DNA from: Halioglobus sp. | Lineage (GTDB): Bacteria > Pseudomonadota > Gammaproteobacteria > Pseudomonadales > Halieaceae | Direction: 5' to 3' | DNA: 64,000 bases | Assembly (NCBI GenBank): GCA_041395965.1 | Contig: JAWKZM010000008.1 | Location: forward strand, 4,669 to 68,668 | Shown here: in pieces, positions 32,019 to 42,307 of the stretch | Layout of the letters: each line of letters opens with the position of its first letter | Numbering within the stretch: the stretch's first letter is position 1 | Made by a program: the position numbers and the translations under genes | Notes under the pieces: model-generated | What the model saw: the letters and a program-made list of their open reading frames with translations, nothing else | What the model was told of the DNA's origin: nothing | The model's database searches: none

Positions 32019-33248
32019 TCAAAACAATACGCGGCTGCGAATGGTTCCCTCTATGGCCGCCAGCTTTTTCAGCGCGATATCGCTGTAATCTGCGTCAATA
32101 TCTATCACTACATAGCCCACACTAGCGTTGGTCTGCAAATATTGCGCCGAGACGTTGATACGATTCTCGGAGAACACGTTGTTAATTGCGCTCATTACCC
32201 CGGGAACATTCCGGTGTATGTGCAGTAGCCGGTGGCTGCCCACGTGTTCCGGAAGTGCGACCGCGGGGAGGTTGATTGAGGATATTGTGGTGCCGTTGTC
32301 GCTGTAGCGAGCCAGTTTTTCCGCCACCTCCATGCCGATATTTTCCTGGGCCTCGACGGTGCTGCCACCAATATGCGGAGTAAGGAAAGTATTGTCGAAG
32401 TGACGTAAAGGGGAGACAAACTCGTCGTCGTTGGAACGCGGTTCCACCGGAAATACGTCGATACCCGCACCGCCCAGAGCTCCGCTCCCAAGCGCGTCTG
32501 CCAAGGCGTCAATGTCCACCACGGTGCCGCGCGAGGCGTTGATTAGAATGCTTCCCGGTGGCATTTGTGCCAGTTGCGCTGCACCTATCAGGTTTAGTGT
32601 CGAAGGATTTTCAGGCACATGCAGGCTCACCACATCGGAGCTGGCAAGCAGCTGGTTGAGGCTGGGTACCTGCCGGGCATTTCCCAGTGGCAGTTTGTTG
32701 GTGATATCGTAGAACTGCACCTGCATGCCGAGTCCCTCGGCAATGATGCCCAACTGCATCCCGATATTGCCGTAGCCGATAATCCCCAGCTTCTTGCCGC
32801 GGATTTCAAAGGCATTGGCGGCGGATTTCTGCCATTCGCCCCGGTGTGCAGCGGCATTTTTGGCCGCCACCCCGCGCAGCAGGAGGATGGCCTCGGCCAG
32901 CACCAGCTCGGCCACGCTGCGGGTGTTGGAAAACGGCGCGTTGAAGACTGCGATCCCCCGGCGGGTAGCCGCTGCGAGGTCGACCTGGTTGGTGCCGATG
33001 CAGAAACAGCCCACGGCCACTAGCTTGCTGGCGGCGTCGAACATCTCTTCGGTGAGCCGGGAGGCAGAGCGAATCCCCACGAAGTGAGCGTTCGCTATGG
33101 CTGTCTTCAGCTCTGTTGGTGGCAAAGCCTTCTTGTGCTGCTCGATATTGGTGTAACCGGATTTCTGCAAGATCTCCACTGCCGAGGGATGGATGCCCTC
33201 CAGCAGCAGGAACTTGATTTTGCTTTTTTCCAGCGATTGCTGCGCCAT
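32019..33248 (-). CDS. serA: D-3-phosphoglycerate dehydrogenase
   Basis: FCIGTNQVDL, NAPFSNTRSVAE, GIIGYGNIG, TPHIGGST, C-terminal ACT domain. Confidence 0.97.
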   Translation of the reverse strand: MAQQSLEKSKIKFLLLEGIHPSAVEILQKSGYTNIEQHKKALPPTELKTAIANAHFVGIRSASRLTEEMFDAASKLVAVGCFCIGTNQVDLAAATRRGIAVFNAPFSNTRSVAELVLAEAILLLRGVAAKNAAAHRGEWQKSAANAFEIRGKKLGIIGYGNIGMQLGIIAEGLGMQVQFYDITNKLPLGNARQVPSLNQLLASSDVVSLHVPENPSTLNLIGAAQLAQMPPGSILINASRGTVVDIDALADALGSGALGGAGIDVFPVEPRSNDDEFVSPLRHFDNTFLTPHIGGSTVEAQENIGMEVAEKLARYSDNGTTISSINLPAVALPEHVGSHRLLHIHRNVPGVMSAINNVFSENRINVSAQYLQTNASVGYVVIDIDADYSDIALKKLAAIEGTIRSRVLF

Positions 33249-33313
33249 GGTGGTGTAGTCCCTACAGGAAGTAGCCGCACAGCCGGGATAGCCGGTCCGC
33301 GCGGCAAAAAACG

Positions 33314-33335
33314 GCGCGTATGGTACCATATGCGC
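33314..33335. promoter_or_regulatory. Palindrome with back-to-back extended -10 boxes (bidirectional promoter or operator)
   Basis: GCGCGTATGGTACCATATGCGC is a 22-bp palindrome with 1 mismatch; TGgTACCAT reads on both strands between divergent serA and the FAD oxidase. Confidence 0.55.
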
Positions 33336-33378
33336 CCCCCGATCCAGCGCCCTGTGAAAATTACCTGAGGAGCCCAAC

Positions 33379-34779
33379 TTGGCCGCAATCGACAACGCCG
33401 TGCTGGCCGCACTGGAGCACATTGTGGGACACGGCAGGGTGCTGACGGACCCCGATTCCCTGCAGCGCTATGGCCGCGACTGGACCCGGGTTCACACGCC
33501 GAGCCCCGTTGCCGTCGTGCTGCCCGACAGCATAGAACAGGTGCAGGCGATCGTGCGCCTGGCGGCGGCAAAGGATATGGCCATAGTGCCTTCCGGCGGA
33601 CGCACCGGCCTCAGTGCCGGGGCCGTCGCCTGCAATGGCGAACTGGTCCTGGCACTGGACCGCCTCAAAGTTATCGAGGACTTTAACCCGATCGACCGCA
33701 CGGTGCGCTGTGGTGCTGGCGTGGTGACCGAACAGCTGCAACAGTACGCCGCCGAGCGCGACCTGTTTTATCCGGTGGATTTCGCTTCCAGCGGCTCCAG
33801 CCAGATCGGCGGCAATATCTCCACGAATGCCGGCGGGATCAAGGTAATCCGTCACGGTATGACCCGGGAATGGGTCGCGGGCCTCAAGCTGGTGACCGGC
33901 ACTGGTGAGCTACTGGACCTGAACCGGGGGCTGGTAAAGAACAACGCGGGCTATGACCTGCGGCAGCTGGTGATCGGCGCCGAGGGCACCCTGGGCGTGG
34001 TGGTCGAGGCCACCATGCGCCTGTCGCGACCACCGCAGGAGTTGGTGGTGCTGGTGCTCGGGGTACCGGATATGGCATCGATCATGGAGGTGTTGCGAAC
34101 TTTCCAGGGCGCCCTGGAACTCAGCGCCTTTGAATTTTTTTCCGAGCTGGCGCTACAGAAAGTTGTACAACATCAGGAATTACAGCGCCCTTTTGCCACG
34201 CCGGCAGAGTATTACGCGCTGCTGGAATTCGAGCGACGCGATGAATCGACCTATGAGCTTGCCATGGGCCTGTTCGAACACTGCTTGGAACAGGGCTGGG
34301 TCCTCGACGGGGTGGTCAGCCAGAGCATCGCCCAGGCCCGTTCACTGTGGCGCCTGCGCGAGGATATCTCGGAAACGATATCGCGCTGGACGCCCTACAA
34401 GAACGACATTTCCACTGTAATCTCCCGGGTTCCAGCGTTCCTCGCGGAGGTGGAGGCAGTGGTCAATGCCAATTACCCGGAATTCGAGATCATCTGGTTC
34501 GGGCATATTGGCGACGGCAATGTGCACCTGAATGTCCTCAAGCCTGACGAACTGCCCATGGCGGAGTTCCAGCGGCGTTGTGGCGAGGTAAGCAAGTGGG
34601 TGTTCGACATCGTGCAGCGCTACGGCGGCAGCATATCCGCCGAGCATGGCGTTGGGCTGCTGAAGAAAGACTTCCTGCATTACTCCCGCACGGAACTGGA
34701 GGTGTCGATCATGCGGCAGATCAAGAAAGCCTTTGATCCCCGGGGGATCATGAATCCGGGAAAAATCTTTGATGTTTGA
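33379..34779 (+). CDS. FAD-binding oxidoreductase, probable D-2-hydroxyglutarate dehydrogenase
   Basis: PSGGRTGLSAG, GGNISTNAGG, IGAEGTLG, GHIGDGNVH, SAEHGVG, MNPGK; adjacent to serA as for Pseudomonas D2HGDH. Confidence 0.8.
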   Translation: MAAIDNAVLAALEHIVGHGRVLTDPDSLQRYGRDWTRVHTPSPVAVVLPDSIEQVQAIVRLAAAKDMAIVPSGGRTGLSAGAVACNGELVLALDRLKVIEDFNPIDRTVRCGAGVVTEQLQQYAAERDLFYPVDFASSGSSQIGGNISTNAGGIKVIRHGMTREWVAGLKLVTGTGELLDLNRGLVKNNAGYDLRQLVIGAEGTLGVVVEATMRLSRPPQELVVLVLGVPDMASIMEVLRTFQGALELSAFEFFSELALQKVVQHQELQRPFATPAEYYALLEFERRDESTYELAMGLFEHCLEQGWVLDGVVSQSIAQARSLWRLREDISETISRWTPYKNDISTVISRVPAFLAEVEAVVNANYPEFEIIWFGHIGDGNVHLNVLKPDELPMAEFQRRCGEVSKWVFDIVQRYGGSISAEHGVGLLKKDFLHYSRTELEVSIMRQIKKAFDPRGIMNPGKIFDV

Positions 34780-34844
34780 GCAGGCGCATTGTGCTGCATC
34801 GAAATAAGCGACGGATTGGTAGCGCCGATTCTGTGATCCGGAAA

Positions 34845-35519
34845 CTAGTTGGCAAGCAGAGTTTTCACGCCTTCCGCGGTCCCCAGTAGCAAAACATCTG
34901 CCGGTCGCAGGGCAAATAATCCGTTGGTAACGACGCCGGTGATGTTGTTGATCTTCTGCTCTACTGCCAGCGGCTGCGCAATGAGGAAGTTGTAGACGTC
35001 AAGGATGACATTGCCGTTGTCGGTCACCACGCCTTCGCGATAGACCGGATCGCCGCCGAGCTTGACCAGCTGCCGCGCCACATGACTGCGAGCCATGGGG
35101 ATGACCTCGACCGGCAGCGGAAACTTGCCCAGTGTGTGTACCAGCTTGCTTGCGTCAGCGATGCAGATGAACTCGCGTGCCACTGCAGCCAGGATTTTTT
35201 CACGTGTCAGCGCCGCACCCCCGCCCTTTATCAATTGCAGCGCGTGATTGCTTTCATCGGCACCGTCCACATAGAAGTCGACCTGGTCTACCGTGTTGAG
35301 GTCATACACGGGGATACCGTGGCTTTTGAGTCGCTCTGCGGAGACCTCAGAGCTGGCGACTGTCGCGTTGATCTGGCCCTTGATTCCGGCCAGCGCGTCG
35401 ATAAACAGATTGGCGGTGGAGCCTGTGCCGATACCCAGTACCGTATCGTTTTCGAGCCTTGGGCGGATATAGGCCAGCGCGGCATCCGCCACGGCCTGTT
35501 TCATTTCGTCCTGTGTCAT
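34845..35519 (-). CDS. rpiA: Ribose-5-phosphate isomerase A
   Basis: [33 protein letters not shown]. Confidence 0.97.
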   Translation of the reverse strand: MTQDEMKQAVADAALAYIRPRLENDTVLGIGTGSTANLFIDALAGIKGQINATVASSEVSAERLKSHGIPVYDLNTVDQVDFYVDGADESNHALQLIKGGGAALTREKILAAVAREFICIADASKLVHTLGKFPLPVEVIPMARSHVARQLVKLGGDPVYREGVVTDNGNVILDVYNFLIAQPLAVEQKINNITGVVTNGLFALRPADVLLLGTAEGVKTLLAN

Positions 35520-35684
35520 GGGCAATCCCGGCAGATTTGGGTCATGAAGCGAGCCCCAGTATAGGGCAGGCTGCCATTGCGATCACGAAAAAAGCGGTGT
35601 GCACCACCGCGGATTGGGCTGAAAAGCGTTGCCCCGTCCATTACTATGGATAGCCTTGCCGCCGTCACTGGAAGCGAATAGCTC

Positions 35685-37211
35685 ATGCCGCAGTCCTACA
35701 TCAAAAGCATTCTCGACGCCCGGGTATATGATGTCGCGCGTGAAACCCCGATCCACGAAGCCGGTTCAATGTCGCGGCGCCTGGGCAACCGTGTCTGGTT
35801 GAAACGGGAGGACTTGCAGCCGGTGTTTTCCTTCAAGCTGCGCGGCGCCTATTGCAAGATGAGCCGACTCAGCCAGGAGCAGCTTGAACGCGGAGTGATT
35901 GCCGCTTCGGCGGGGAACCACGCGCAGGGCGTAGCGATGGCGGCCCGCAAGCTTCGTGTGAAAGCTACCATCGTCATGCCGCGCACGACGCCGCTCATCA
36001 AGGTGGATGCGGTGCGCGATTTGGGCGCGCGGGTGGTACTGCACGGCGATTCATATGATGAGGCGGCGTTGCACGCCGAGGAGCTTTTGCAAAGCAGGGG
36101 GCTGACGTATGTGCACCCGTTTGACGACCCCGATGTGATTGCCGGGCAGGGCACGGTGGGTATGGAAATCGTACGCCAGCACCAGAGCCCGCTGGACGCA
36201 CTGTTCGTCCCGGTTGGCGGCGGCGGTCTGCTTGCCGGCGTCTCCGCTTATGTGAATTATGTTTGGCCGCAAACGCGGATTGTCGGCGTCGAGCCCGAGG
36301 ATGCGGCCTGTTTGCAACTGGCGATGGCGCGCGGGCGACGTGACACCCTGGCGGAGGTGGGCCTGTTTGCCGACGGCTGCGCCGTGGCGCAGGTAGGCAA
36401 GGAGACTTTCCGCATCATTCGCAAAACGGTGGCCGAGGTCATCACGGTGACGACGGATGAAATGTGTGCTGCCATCAAGGACATCTTTGAAGACACCCGC
36501 AGCATCGCAGAGCCGGCGGGGGCGCTGGCCCTGGCGGGATTAAAAAAGTATGTACAGCGATCGGGTGCAGAGGGACAGGACTTGTTGGCCATTGTCAGCG
36601 GCGCCAATACCAATTTCGACCGTTTGCGCTATATCTCCGAGCGCACCGAAATCGGTGAGCAACGGGAAGCGGTCATCAGCGTGACTGTGCCCGAGCGCCC
36701 CGGCAGTTTTAAACAGTTTTGCAGCGCGCTGGGGCGACGCAATATTACCGAGTTCAATTATCGTTACGCGGATGCCCGGAACGCCCAGGTATTTGTCGGC
36801 CTGTCCGTTGTTCCGGGTGGCGAAGACTTGGCCGGCTTGCTCTCCGATCTGCAAACCCATGGCTACACCACCGAAGATATGACCGACAATGAGGTGGCCA
36901 AGTTGCATATCAGGCATATGGTCGGCGGGCACGCGCCGGCCCAGCTGCTGGATGAACGCGTATATCGTGTGGAATTTCCCGAACGGCCCGGCGCACTGCT
37001 GAAGTTTCTGTCCGGCCTGGGCCAGCGCTGGAATATCTCCATGTTCCACTATCGCAACCACGGCGCTGCCTATGGTCGGATCCTTGTCGGGGTCCAGGTG
37101 CCCAGATCCGAGCGCCGGCAGTTCGAAGCGGTGCTGGATCGGATCAATTTCCCCTACTCGGAGGAAACTGACAATCGCGCCTACCAGCTGTACCTTGGCA
37201 ACCAGCACTGA
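35685..37211 (+). CDS. ilvA: Biosynthetic threonine dehydratase
   Basis: KREDLQPVFSFKLRGA, ASAGNHAQG, VPVGGGGL, two regulatory repeats (PERPGS, FPERPGAL). Confidence 0.97.
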   Translation: MPQSYIKSILDARVYDVARETPIHEAGSMSRRLGNRVWLKREDLQPVFSFKLRGAYCKMSRLSQEQLERGVIAASAGNHAQGVAMAARKLRVKATIVMPRTTPLIKVDAVRDLGARVVLHGDSYDEAALHAEELLQSRGLTYVHPFDDPDVIAGQGTVGMEIVRQHQSPLDALFVPVGGGGLLAGVSAYVNYVWPQTRIVGVEPEDAACLQLAMARGRRDTLAEVGLFADGCAVAQVGKETFRIIRKTVAEVITVTTDEMCAAIKDIFEDTRSIAEPAGALALAGLKKYVQRSGAEGQDLLAIVSGANTNFDRLRYISERTEIGEQREAVISVTVPERPGSFKQFCSALGRRNITEFNYRYADARNAQVFVGLSVVPGGEDLAGLLSDLQTHGYTTEDMTDNEVAKLHIRHMVGGHAPAQLLDERVYRVEFPERPGALLKFLSGLGQRWNISMFHYRNHGAAYGRILVGVQVPRSERRQFEAVLDRINFPYSEETDNRAYQLYLGNQH

Positions 37212-37386
37212 CGACCCTGAAAGCAGGGCAGTATATGGTTAGCGGGGGTTTTCATTTATTTTGGGCTGATATAACATCGCCCCCGACTGTGCTTATAACG
37301 ACAAGTAGAATGCACGGGGTTATTGAACAGTCGGTCGGGCTCCCGGCCGCACAAGATCGGATTCCAATGACGATGAGAGTGAACTG

Positions 37387-37533
37387 GTGAAGCGTAAACC
37401 CGATGTAGTGCTGGTGCTGGCGGCGGCGTTTGCGCTCGGCGTGCTGCTGACCTTGCTTCTGCCACTTACTGCCACCGACTCGGTCGCCGACCCGGCGTCC
37501 GAGCTACAGGCTGGGGTTATCATCGAGAGGTAG
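37387..37533 (+). CDS. Small hypothetical membrane protein (48 aa), absent from the ORF track
   Basis: GTG...TAG encodes MKRKPDVVLVLAAAFALGVLLTLLLPLTATDSVADPASELQAGVIIER: basic N-terminus, one TM helix, GC3-rich codons; fills the ilvA-ygfA gap. Confidence 0.65.
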   Translation: MKRKPDVVLVLAAAFALGVLLTLLLPLTATDSVADPASELQAGVIIER

Positions 37534-37546
37534 AACCCGCCGGGCG

Positions 37547-38134
37547 TCACTGTCTCCGCCGCCGGCGGTACAGGGCCTTGTCGGTAGCGATGTAATCGAG
37601 CACGATATCCCAACTGTCCAGCGGAATACCCGCTTCCACCTGCTGCTGCTGATGGGCCAGCCCGACCAGCAGTGGGCCACCGGTGCTCTGCCAGCGTCCG
37701 GTCGTAGAAGCCGCCCCCATGCCCAGGCGACCGCCGTGTACGTCCCAGCCCACCAAGGGTAAAAAAATAATGTCCAGTTCCGAGACCGGGCAGCGTGTCG
37801 CGCCGTCGGGTGGTTCGGGGATGTTGTATCGGTTGGCTGTCAGCGGGTCGCCTGCGTCCCAGAGCGCGAAACCGAGACGGTCCTTGTCCGCTATAACTGG
37901 CAGGAACACCTGTTTCTCGAGGCTTCGTGCCATATGAGCCAGCGGTTGCGTGTCTATCTCGCCGTCCGCCGCCAGGTAAATGGCGATGCGGGCGGCATTT
38001 TGCCAGTCGGGAAGCGCGGCCACGGAAGCTGTAAGGGCTCGGGCTGCGGTAAGTTGTTGTGCGGGGGTAAGTGCTTTTCTGCGACGTCTCAGGTCACTAC
38101 GCAGTAGGGATTTTCTGTGCGTTGTGTCGGACAT
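37547..38134 (-). CDS. ygfA: 5-formyltetrahydrofolate cyclo-ligase (local compensated frameshift)
   Basis: YLAADGEID, NRYNIPEP, LPLVGWD, GRLGMG; the expected GGFYDRTL is in a shifted frame; downstream of 6S RNA. Confidence 0.92.
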   Translation of the reverse strand: MSDTTHRKSLLRSDLRRRRKALTPAQQLTAARALTASVAALPDWQNAARIAIYLAADGEIDTQPLAHMARSLEKQVFLPVIADKDRLGFALWDAGDPLTANRYNIPEPPDGATRCPVSELDIIFLPLVGWDVHGGRLGMGAASTTGRWQSTGGPLLVGLAHQQQQVEAGIPLDSWDIVLDYIATDKALYRRRRRQ

Positions 38135-38145
38135 AGAAAAGATGG

Positions 38146-38328
38146 ATTCCCGGAGTACCGCTGACAGAACTGCCCTTGAACCCGACGATTCAAGGTGGTG
38201 ACTCCTGCACTGCATAAGGCTTTCCGGATTGAACCGGACTTGCACACCAGCAGTATCGAGAAGCCCCCGATTACATAATATCGGCTCGAGGACTGTAAGT
38301 CTGGCGAATACACCAGGGACCCGGGAGA
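38146..38328 (-). ncRNA. ssrS: 6S RNA
   Basis: Non-coding ~180 nt between zapA and ygfA (canonical locus); complementary ends TCCCGG/CCGGGA; internal CCTTGAA...TTCAAGG hairpin typical of 6S; ends approximate. Confidence 0.9.
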
Positions 38329-38394
38329 ATTATAGCCTAGTTCCCGCGGTCACAGTTCACAAAAACCTGAAAAGATGGCGTGAATTTTGGTGTG

Positions 38395-38715
38395 CTAACC
38401 GATTTCGAGTTGCCGCAGGTCGTGCAGGGCGTCGTCCAGCTTGCGGTTGAGGCGTTTGACACCGTCGCCGCCGGGTTGCCCCGCGTCAGCGTGATCCGAC
38501 GCCTGCAACAATTCATAGCTGATGTTGAGAGCGGCCATGACAGCAATTCTTTCCAGCCCTATGACCTTGCCGGAGTCGCGTATGCCGCGCATCTGCTTGT
38601 CCAGGTACTTGGCCGATACTACCAGTTCTGCCTCCTGCTCCGCGGGACAGGCCACCTGGTAATCCTTGTCGAGAATCTTTACCGTCACTGTGTTGGCTGG
38701 GCTCACGCGGTTCAC
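38395..38715 (-). CDS. zapA: Cell division protein ZapA
   Basis: VKILDKDYQVACP, ERIAVMAALNISYELL. Confidence 0.94.
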   Translation of the reverse strand: MNRVSPANTVTVKILDKDYQVACPAEQEAELVVSAKYLDKQMRGIRDSGKVIGLERIAVMAALNISYELLQASDHADAGQPGGDGVKRLNRKLDDALHDLRQLEIG

Positions 38716-38912
38716 TCCATAGTGCGCAGACGATCGATCATGGCTTCGACTTTTGAGCGAGCCAGTTCATTTTTTTCCATGAGATCCCTGCGCTCATCAC
38801 GCCATCCGGCGATATCCGCTTTCAGCGCGCGATTTTCGCGATTCAGCTCCTGGCAAAGAGAGATGAGCTCGTCGATCTTGTGTTCAAGTTCCTTGAGGGA
38901 GTTGTCGGCCAT
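38712..38912 (-). CDS. TIGR02449 family coiled-coil protein (ZapB-like)
   Basis: LEHKIDELISLCQELNRENRAL...KNELARSKVEAMIDRL; upstream of zapA. Confidence 0.88.
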   Translation of the reverse strand: MADNSLKELEHKIDELISLCQELNRENRALKADIAGWRDERRDLMEKNELARSKVEAMIDRLRTME

Positions 38913-39079
38913 GCAGGTATACTGGGAGAGTTATTATCGGAACACTACTATAGTGGCGCATGGCACCGAGGTCAACGAGACAAAATTCATAGATATCAAT
39001 AGCCTGCCAAACCTTTTACAGCCAACAGTGGAAGTGCCCCGGCGTCAGGCGGGGCGCGCCCTCAACCGGGGAGCCGCCC

Positions 39080-39685
39080 ATGTATGATGATGCACCAGGG
39101 GAAGTCGACGTCTTTGACTTCGATGAATTCGCCGATCACCTGCTGGATCAGGGTGTACTGGCATCACCCTCGCAGTTGCACGGGTGTCTCAGCGGGTTGC
39201 TCGGGGCAGGCGCTTCGCCTGACCCCGAGTACGGCCTGGATGCCCTGGGCCGTGCGTTGGATATCGAACTGCACGGAGAGCTCGCCAGCCGCATCATGCA
39301 GCTCTATACCGTTACCGGGTCTGCCCTGCTCGGCGAGGAGTTCGCTTTCTATCCGCTGTTGCCTGGCGATGACGAGGGCATAGCTGAGCGAGCACAGTCA
39401 CTGGCCAACTGGTGCGATGGCTTCATGGTAGGTTTCGCCTACGGCTTTGCCGGGGAGGAGCAGGGCCTTGGCCCCCTGTCACAGGAAGCTGGCGAGATAC
39501 TGCGTGATATCGCCGCGATGGCCGAGGCCGAAGTCGTCGAGGATGAAGATGACGAAGATGCCGAGGACAGCTTTATGGAACTCGTGGAGTATTTGCGGGT
39601 AGCTGTGGCCAACATTTACCTGGAGAACAGCATGGCAGGGCAGGATGGGGATTTTACGCCGGCCACGAATCGGCCACTGCACTAG
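39080..39685 (+). CDS. UPF0149 (YgfB/YecA) family protein
   Basis: SPSQLHGCLSGLL, LANWCDGFMVGF, ELVEYLRVA; precedes pepP. Confidence 0.9.
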   Translation: MYDDAPGEVDVFDFDEFADHLLDQGVLASPSQLHGCLSGLLGAGASPDPEYGLDALGRALDIELHGELASRIMQLYTVTGSALLGEEFAFYPLLPGDDEGIAERAQSLANWCDGFMVGFAYGFAGEEQGLGPLSQEAGEILRDIAAMAEAEVVEDEDDEDAEDSFMELVEYLRVAVANIYLENSMAGQDGDFTPATNRPLH

Positions 39686-39742
39686 CTGTGATAATCTGCG
39701 GACCACTTTCAACGAGGCTGCTGTGGGCTGGCGAGTGAGACG

Positions 39743-41056
39743 ATGACTATTGGCAAGTCCGAGTTTGCGCGCCGGCGCAAAAACCTCATGGCCCTTATGG
39801 ATCCGAACAGCATCGCGATCATTCCCTCCGCGCGGGAGCAGGTGCGCAGCCGCGACACCCATTACCCTTTTCGCCAGGACAGTGATTTTTACTATCTCTC
39901 GGGTTTTGCCGAACCGGAGTCGGTACTGGTGTTGCTGCCAGGCCGGCGGCACGGCCAGTTTGTGGTCTTTTGCCGGGAGAGAGACCCCGGGTCGGAGTTG
40001 TGGCACGGGTATCGGGCAGGGCCCGAGGGAGTCTGCGAAGAGTACGGTGCGGACGATGCGTTTCCTATCGGAGACATTGACGATATTCTCCCGGGCTTGG
40101 TGGAAGGCAGGGAGCGGGTCTATTACTCGATGGGACGCAGCGCTGAATTTGATCACCAGATCATGGGTTGGGTGAAGAGCATTCGCGACAAAGTGTCTTC
40201 GGGGGCCGTCCCGCCGGGAGAGTTCACCGATCTTGACCATATACTCCACGAGTTACGCCTGTTCAAAAGCGCGGCTGAACTGCGCCTGATGCGCAAGGCA
40301 GCAGAAATATCCGCCCGCGCTCACCGGCGAGCCATGCGAGCCTGCCGCCCGGGTCTTTACGAATTTCAGCTGGAGGCTGAACTGCAGCATGAATTCGCCA
40401 GCGGAGGGGCCAGGTTTCCGGCCTATCCCAGTATCGTGGGCAGCGGCCACAACGCCTGTGTCATGCATTACGTTGAAAATAGCGGCAAATTGCGTGATGG
40501 GGATCTCGTGTTGATTGATGCCGGCTGCGAGTTGCAGTACTACGCCTCGGATGTGACCCGCACGTTTCCGGTGAACGGGCGTTTCAGCCCGGAGCAACGG
40601 GCGCTGTATGAGCTGGTGTTGCGAGCCCAACTCGCCGCCATAGCCGAGATCAAGCCCGGCAACCACTGGAACCAGCCGCACGATGCCAGCGTCAGGGCAT
40701 TCACTACCGGCCTGGTGGAATTGGGTTTGCTCAAGGGTAATGTTACGAACCTGATCAAGCGCAATGCCTACCGGGCATTCTATATGCACCGGGTCGGTCA
40801 CTGGCTGGGCCTGGATGTTCACGATGTCGGTGATTATCGCGTCGGTGACGAATGGCGCATGCTGGAGACTGGAATGGTGATGACCGTGGAGCCGGGGCTT
40901 TATATAGCCGCGGACAACAAAAACGTCGCCAAAAAATGGCGCGGTATTGGCATCCGCATTGAGGACGACGTAGTGGTGACCGAAACCGGCTGCGATGTGA
41001 TGTCATCCGGCGTGCCGAAAACCGTCGCGGAGATAGAGGCGCTGATGAACGCGTGA
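39743..41056 (+). CDS. pepP: Xaa-Pro aminopeptidase
   Basis: FRQDSDFYYLSGF, LIDAGCE, DVTRT, GHWLGLDVHDVG, EPGLY, GIRIEDD. Confidence 0.97.
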   Translation: MTIGKSEFARRRKNLMALMDPNSIAIIPSAREQVRSRDTHYPFRQDSDFYYLSGFAEPESVLVLLPGRRHGQFVVFCRERDPGSELWHGYRAGPEGVCEEYGADDAFPIGDIDDILPGLVEGRERVYYSMGRSAEFDHQIMGWVKSIRDKVSSGAVPPGEFTDLDHILHELRLFKSAAELRLMRKAAEISARAHRRAMRACRPGLYEFQLEAELQHEFASGGARFPAYPSIVGSGHNACVMHYVENSGKLRDGDLVLIDAGCELQYYASDVTRTFPVNGRFSPEQRALYELVLRAQLAAIAEIKPGNHWNQPHDASVRAFTTGLVELGLLKGNVTNLIKRNAYRAFYMHRVGHWLGLDVHDVGDYRVGDEWRMLETGMVMTVEPGLYIAADNKNVAKKWRGIGIRIEDDVVVTETGCDVMSSGVPKTVAEIEALMNA

Positions 41057-41059
41057 GCC

Positions 41060-42307
41060 ATGGCTGACTACTTTGACATTGTGATAGCCGGTGGTGGCAT
41101 GGTGGGTGTCAGCCTCGCGTTGCAGTTGGGCGCTGTGCTGCCACCAGAAGTGTCCCTGCTGTTGGTCGAGGGCTTGCCACTGCCGGAGCCTGTTGAGGGT
41201 GAGTGGCCGAACTACCATCCCGCGTTCGATGCTCGTTCCACGGCGCTGAGTTACGGCTCGCGCCTTATCTACGAACAAATCGGGGTGTGGGAGGAATTGT
41301 GCCAGTGGGTCTGTGCAATCGAGCGCATTCACGTATCGAGTCGCGGGCGCTTCGGCAACAGTCTGCTACAGGCAAGCGACTACGATTGGCCTGCCCTGGG
41401 CTATGTCGTGGAGAATGCCTGGTTGGGCAACGAATTGACCCGGCAACTATACGACCGTGGACGGGTTGAGGTGCGCAGTCCCGCGAGGGTCGTCGGCGCC
41501 AAACCAGCGGGCCTTGGCGTGAGCCTTGCACTCGAGGGTCCGGGCCCTGATATCGACGCCGGGCTTTTACTGGTGGCCGACGGTGCTGGTTCGGGACTAC
41601 GCGCGCAGCTGGGCGTGGCCGTCACCGAGAAGTCGTATTGCCAACATGCCGTGGTTGCGAATATCGCGTTCGCCGAGCCGCATCGGGGCTGTGCATACGA
41701 GCGCTTCACCGAGACGGGACCGCTGGCCATTTTACCCTTGCTGGCTGCGGCGGGGGGCGAGCATCGCGGTGCGCTGGTCTGGACGTTGCCTCCGGCGGGT
41801 GCCCGGCAGCTTTGCGACTGCCCGGCAGATGAGTTTCTGGCAAACCTGCAGGAGTGCTTCGGCTACCGACTGGGTCGTATGCGGCAGGTCGGCGCGCGCT
41901 ACGAATACCCCTTATCCCTGGTGCAGGCCGGCGAGCAGGTGCGCCAGGGCGTGGTGGTCATGGGCAATGCCGCACACGCGCTGCACCCGGTGGCGGGGCA
42001 GGGCTTCAACCTCGCATTGCGAGATGTGGCACAACTGGCCCGGGTGTTGGCCGAGGGAATGACCGCGGGATCGCCCCCCGGAGACCTCGCAATGTTGCAA
42101 CGCTATCAGCGGCGGCAACAGCCGGACCAGGATCGAACCATTCGGTTCAGCGATCGCGTACCAGCCCTCTTTATGAATCCAGATCCACTGCTGGGTCTGG
42201 GCCGGGACCTCGCGCTGGCGGGGCTGGATTTCATGCCGGCTCTCAAGCGTGAGTTGGTAAAATATGCTGCCGGCGTGGCCAGCGGCGGAGGGCGCGTCGA
42301 TGGCTGA
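41060..42307 (+). CDS. ubiH: 2-octaprenyl-6-methoxyphenol hydroxylase
   Basis: GGGMVG, FDARSTALS, AYERFT, GNAAHALHPVAGQGFNLALRD. Confidence 0.93.
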   Translation: MADYFDIVIAGGGMVGVSLALQLGAVLPPEVSLLLVEGLPLPEPVEGEWPNYHPAFDARSTALSYGSRLIYEQIGVWEELCQWVCAIERIHVSSRGRFGNSLLQASDYDWPALGYVVENAWLGNELTRQLYDRGRVEVRSPARVVGAKPAGLGVSLALEGPGPDIDAGLLLVADGAGSGLRAQLGVAVTEKSYCQHAVVANIAFAEPHRGCAYERFTETGPLAILPLLAAAGGEHRGALVWTLPPAGARQLCDCPADEFLANLQECFGYRLGRMRQVGARYEYPLSLVQAGEQVRQGVVVMGNAAHALHPVAGQGFNLALRDVAQLARVLAEGMTAGSPPGDLAMLQRYQRRQQPDQDRTIRFSDRVPALFMNPDPLLGLGRDLALAGLDFMPALKRELVKYAAGVASGGGRVDG

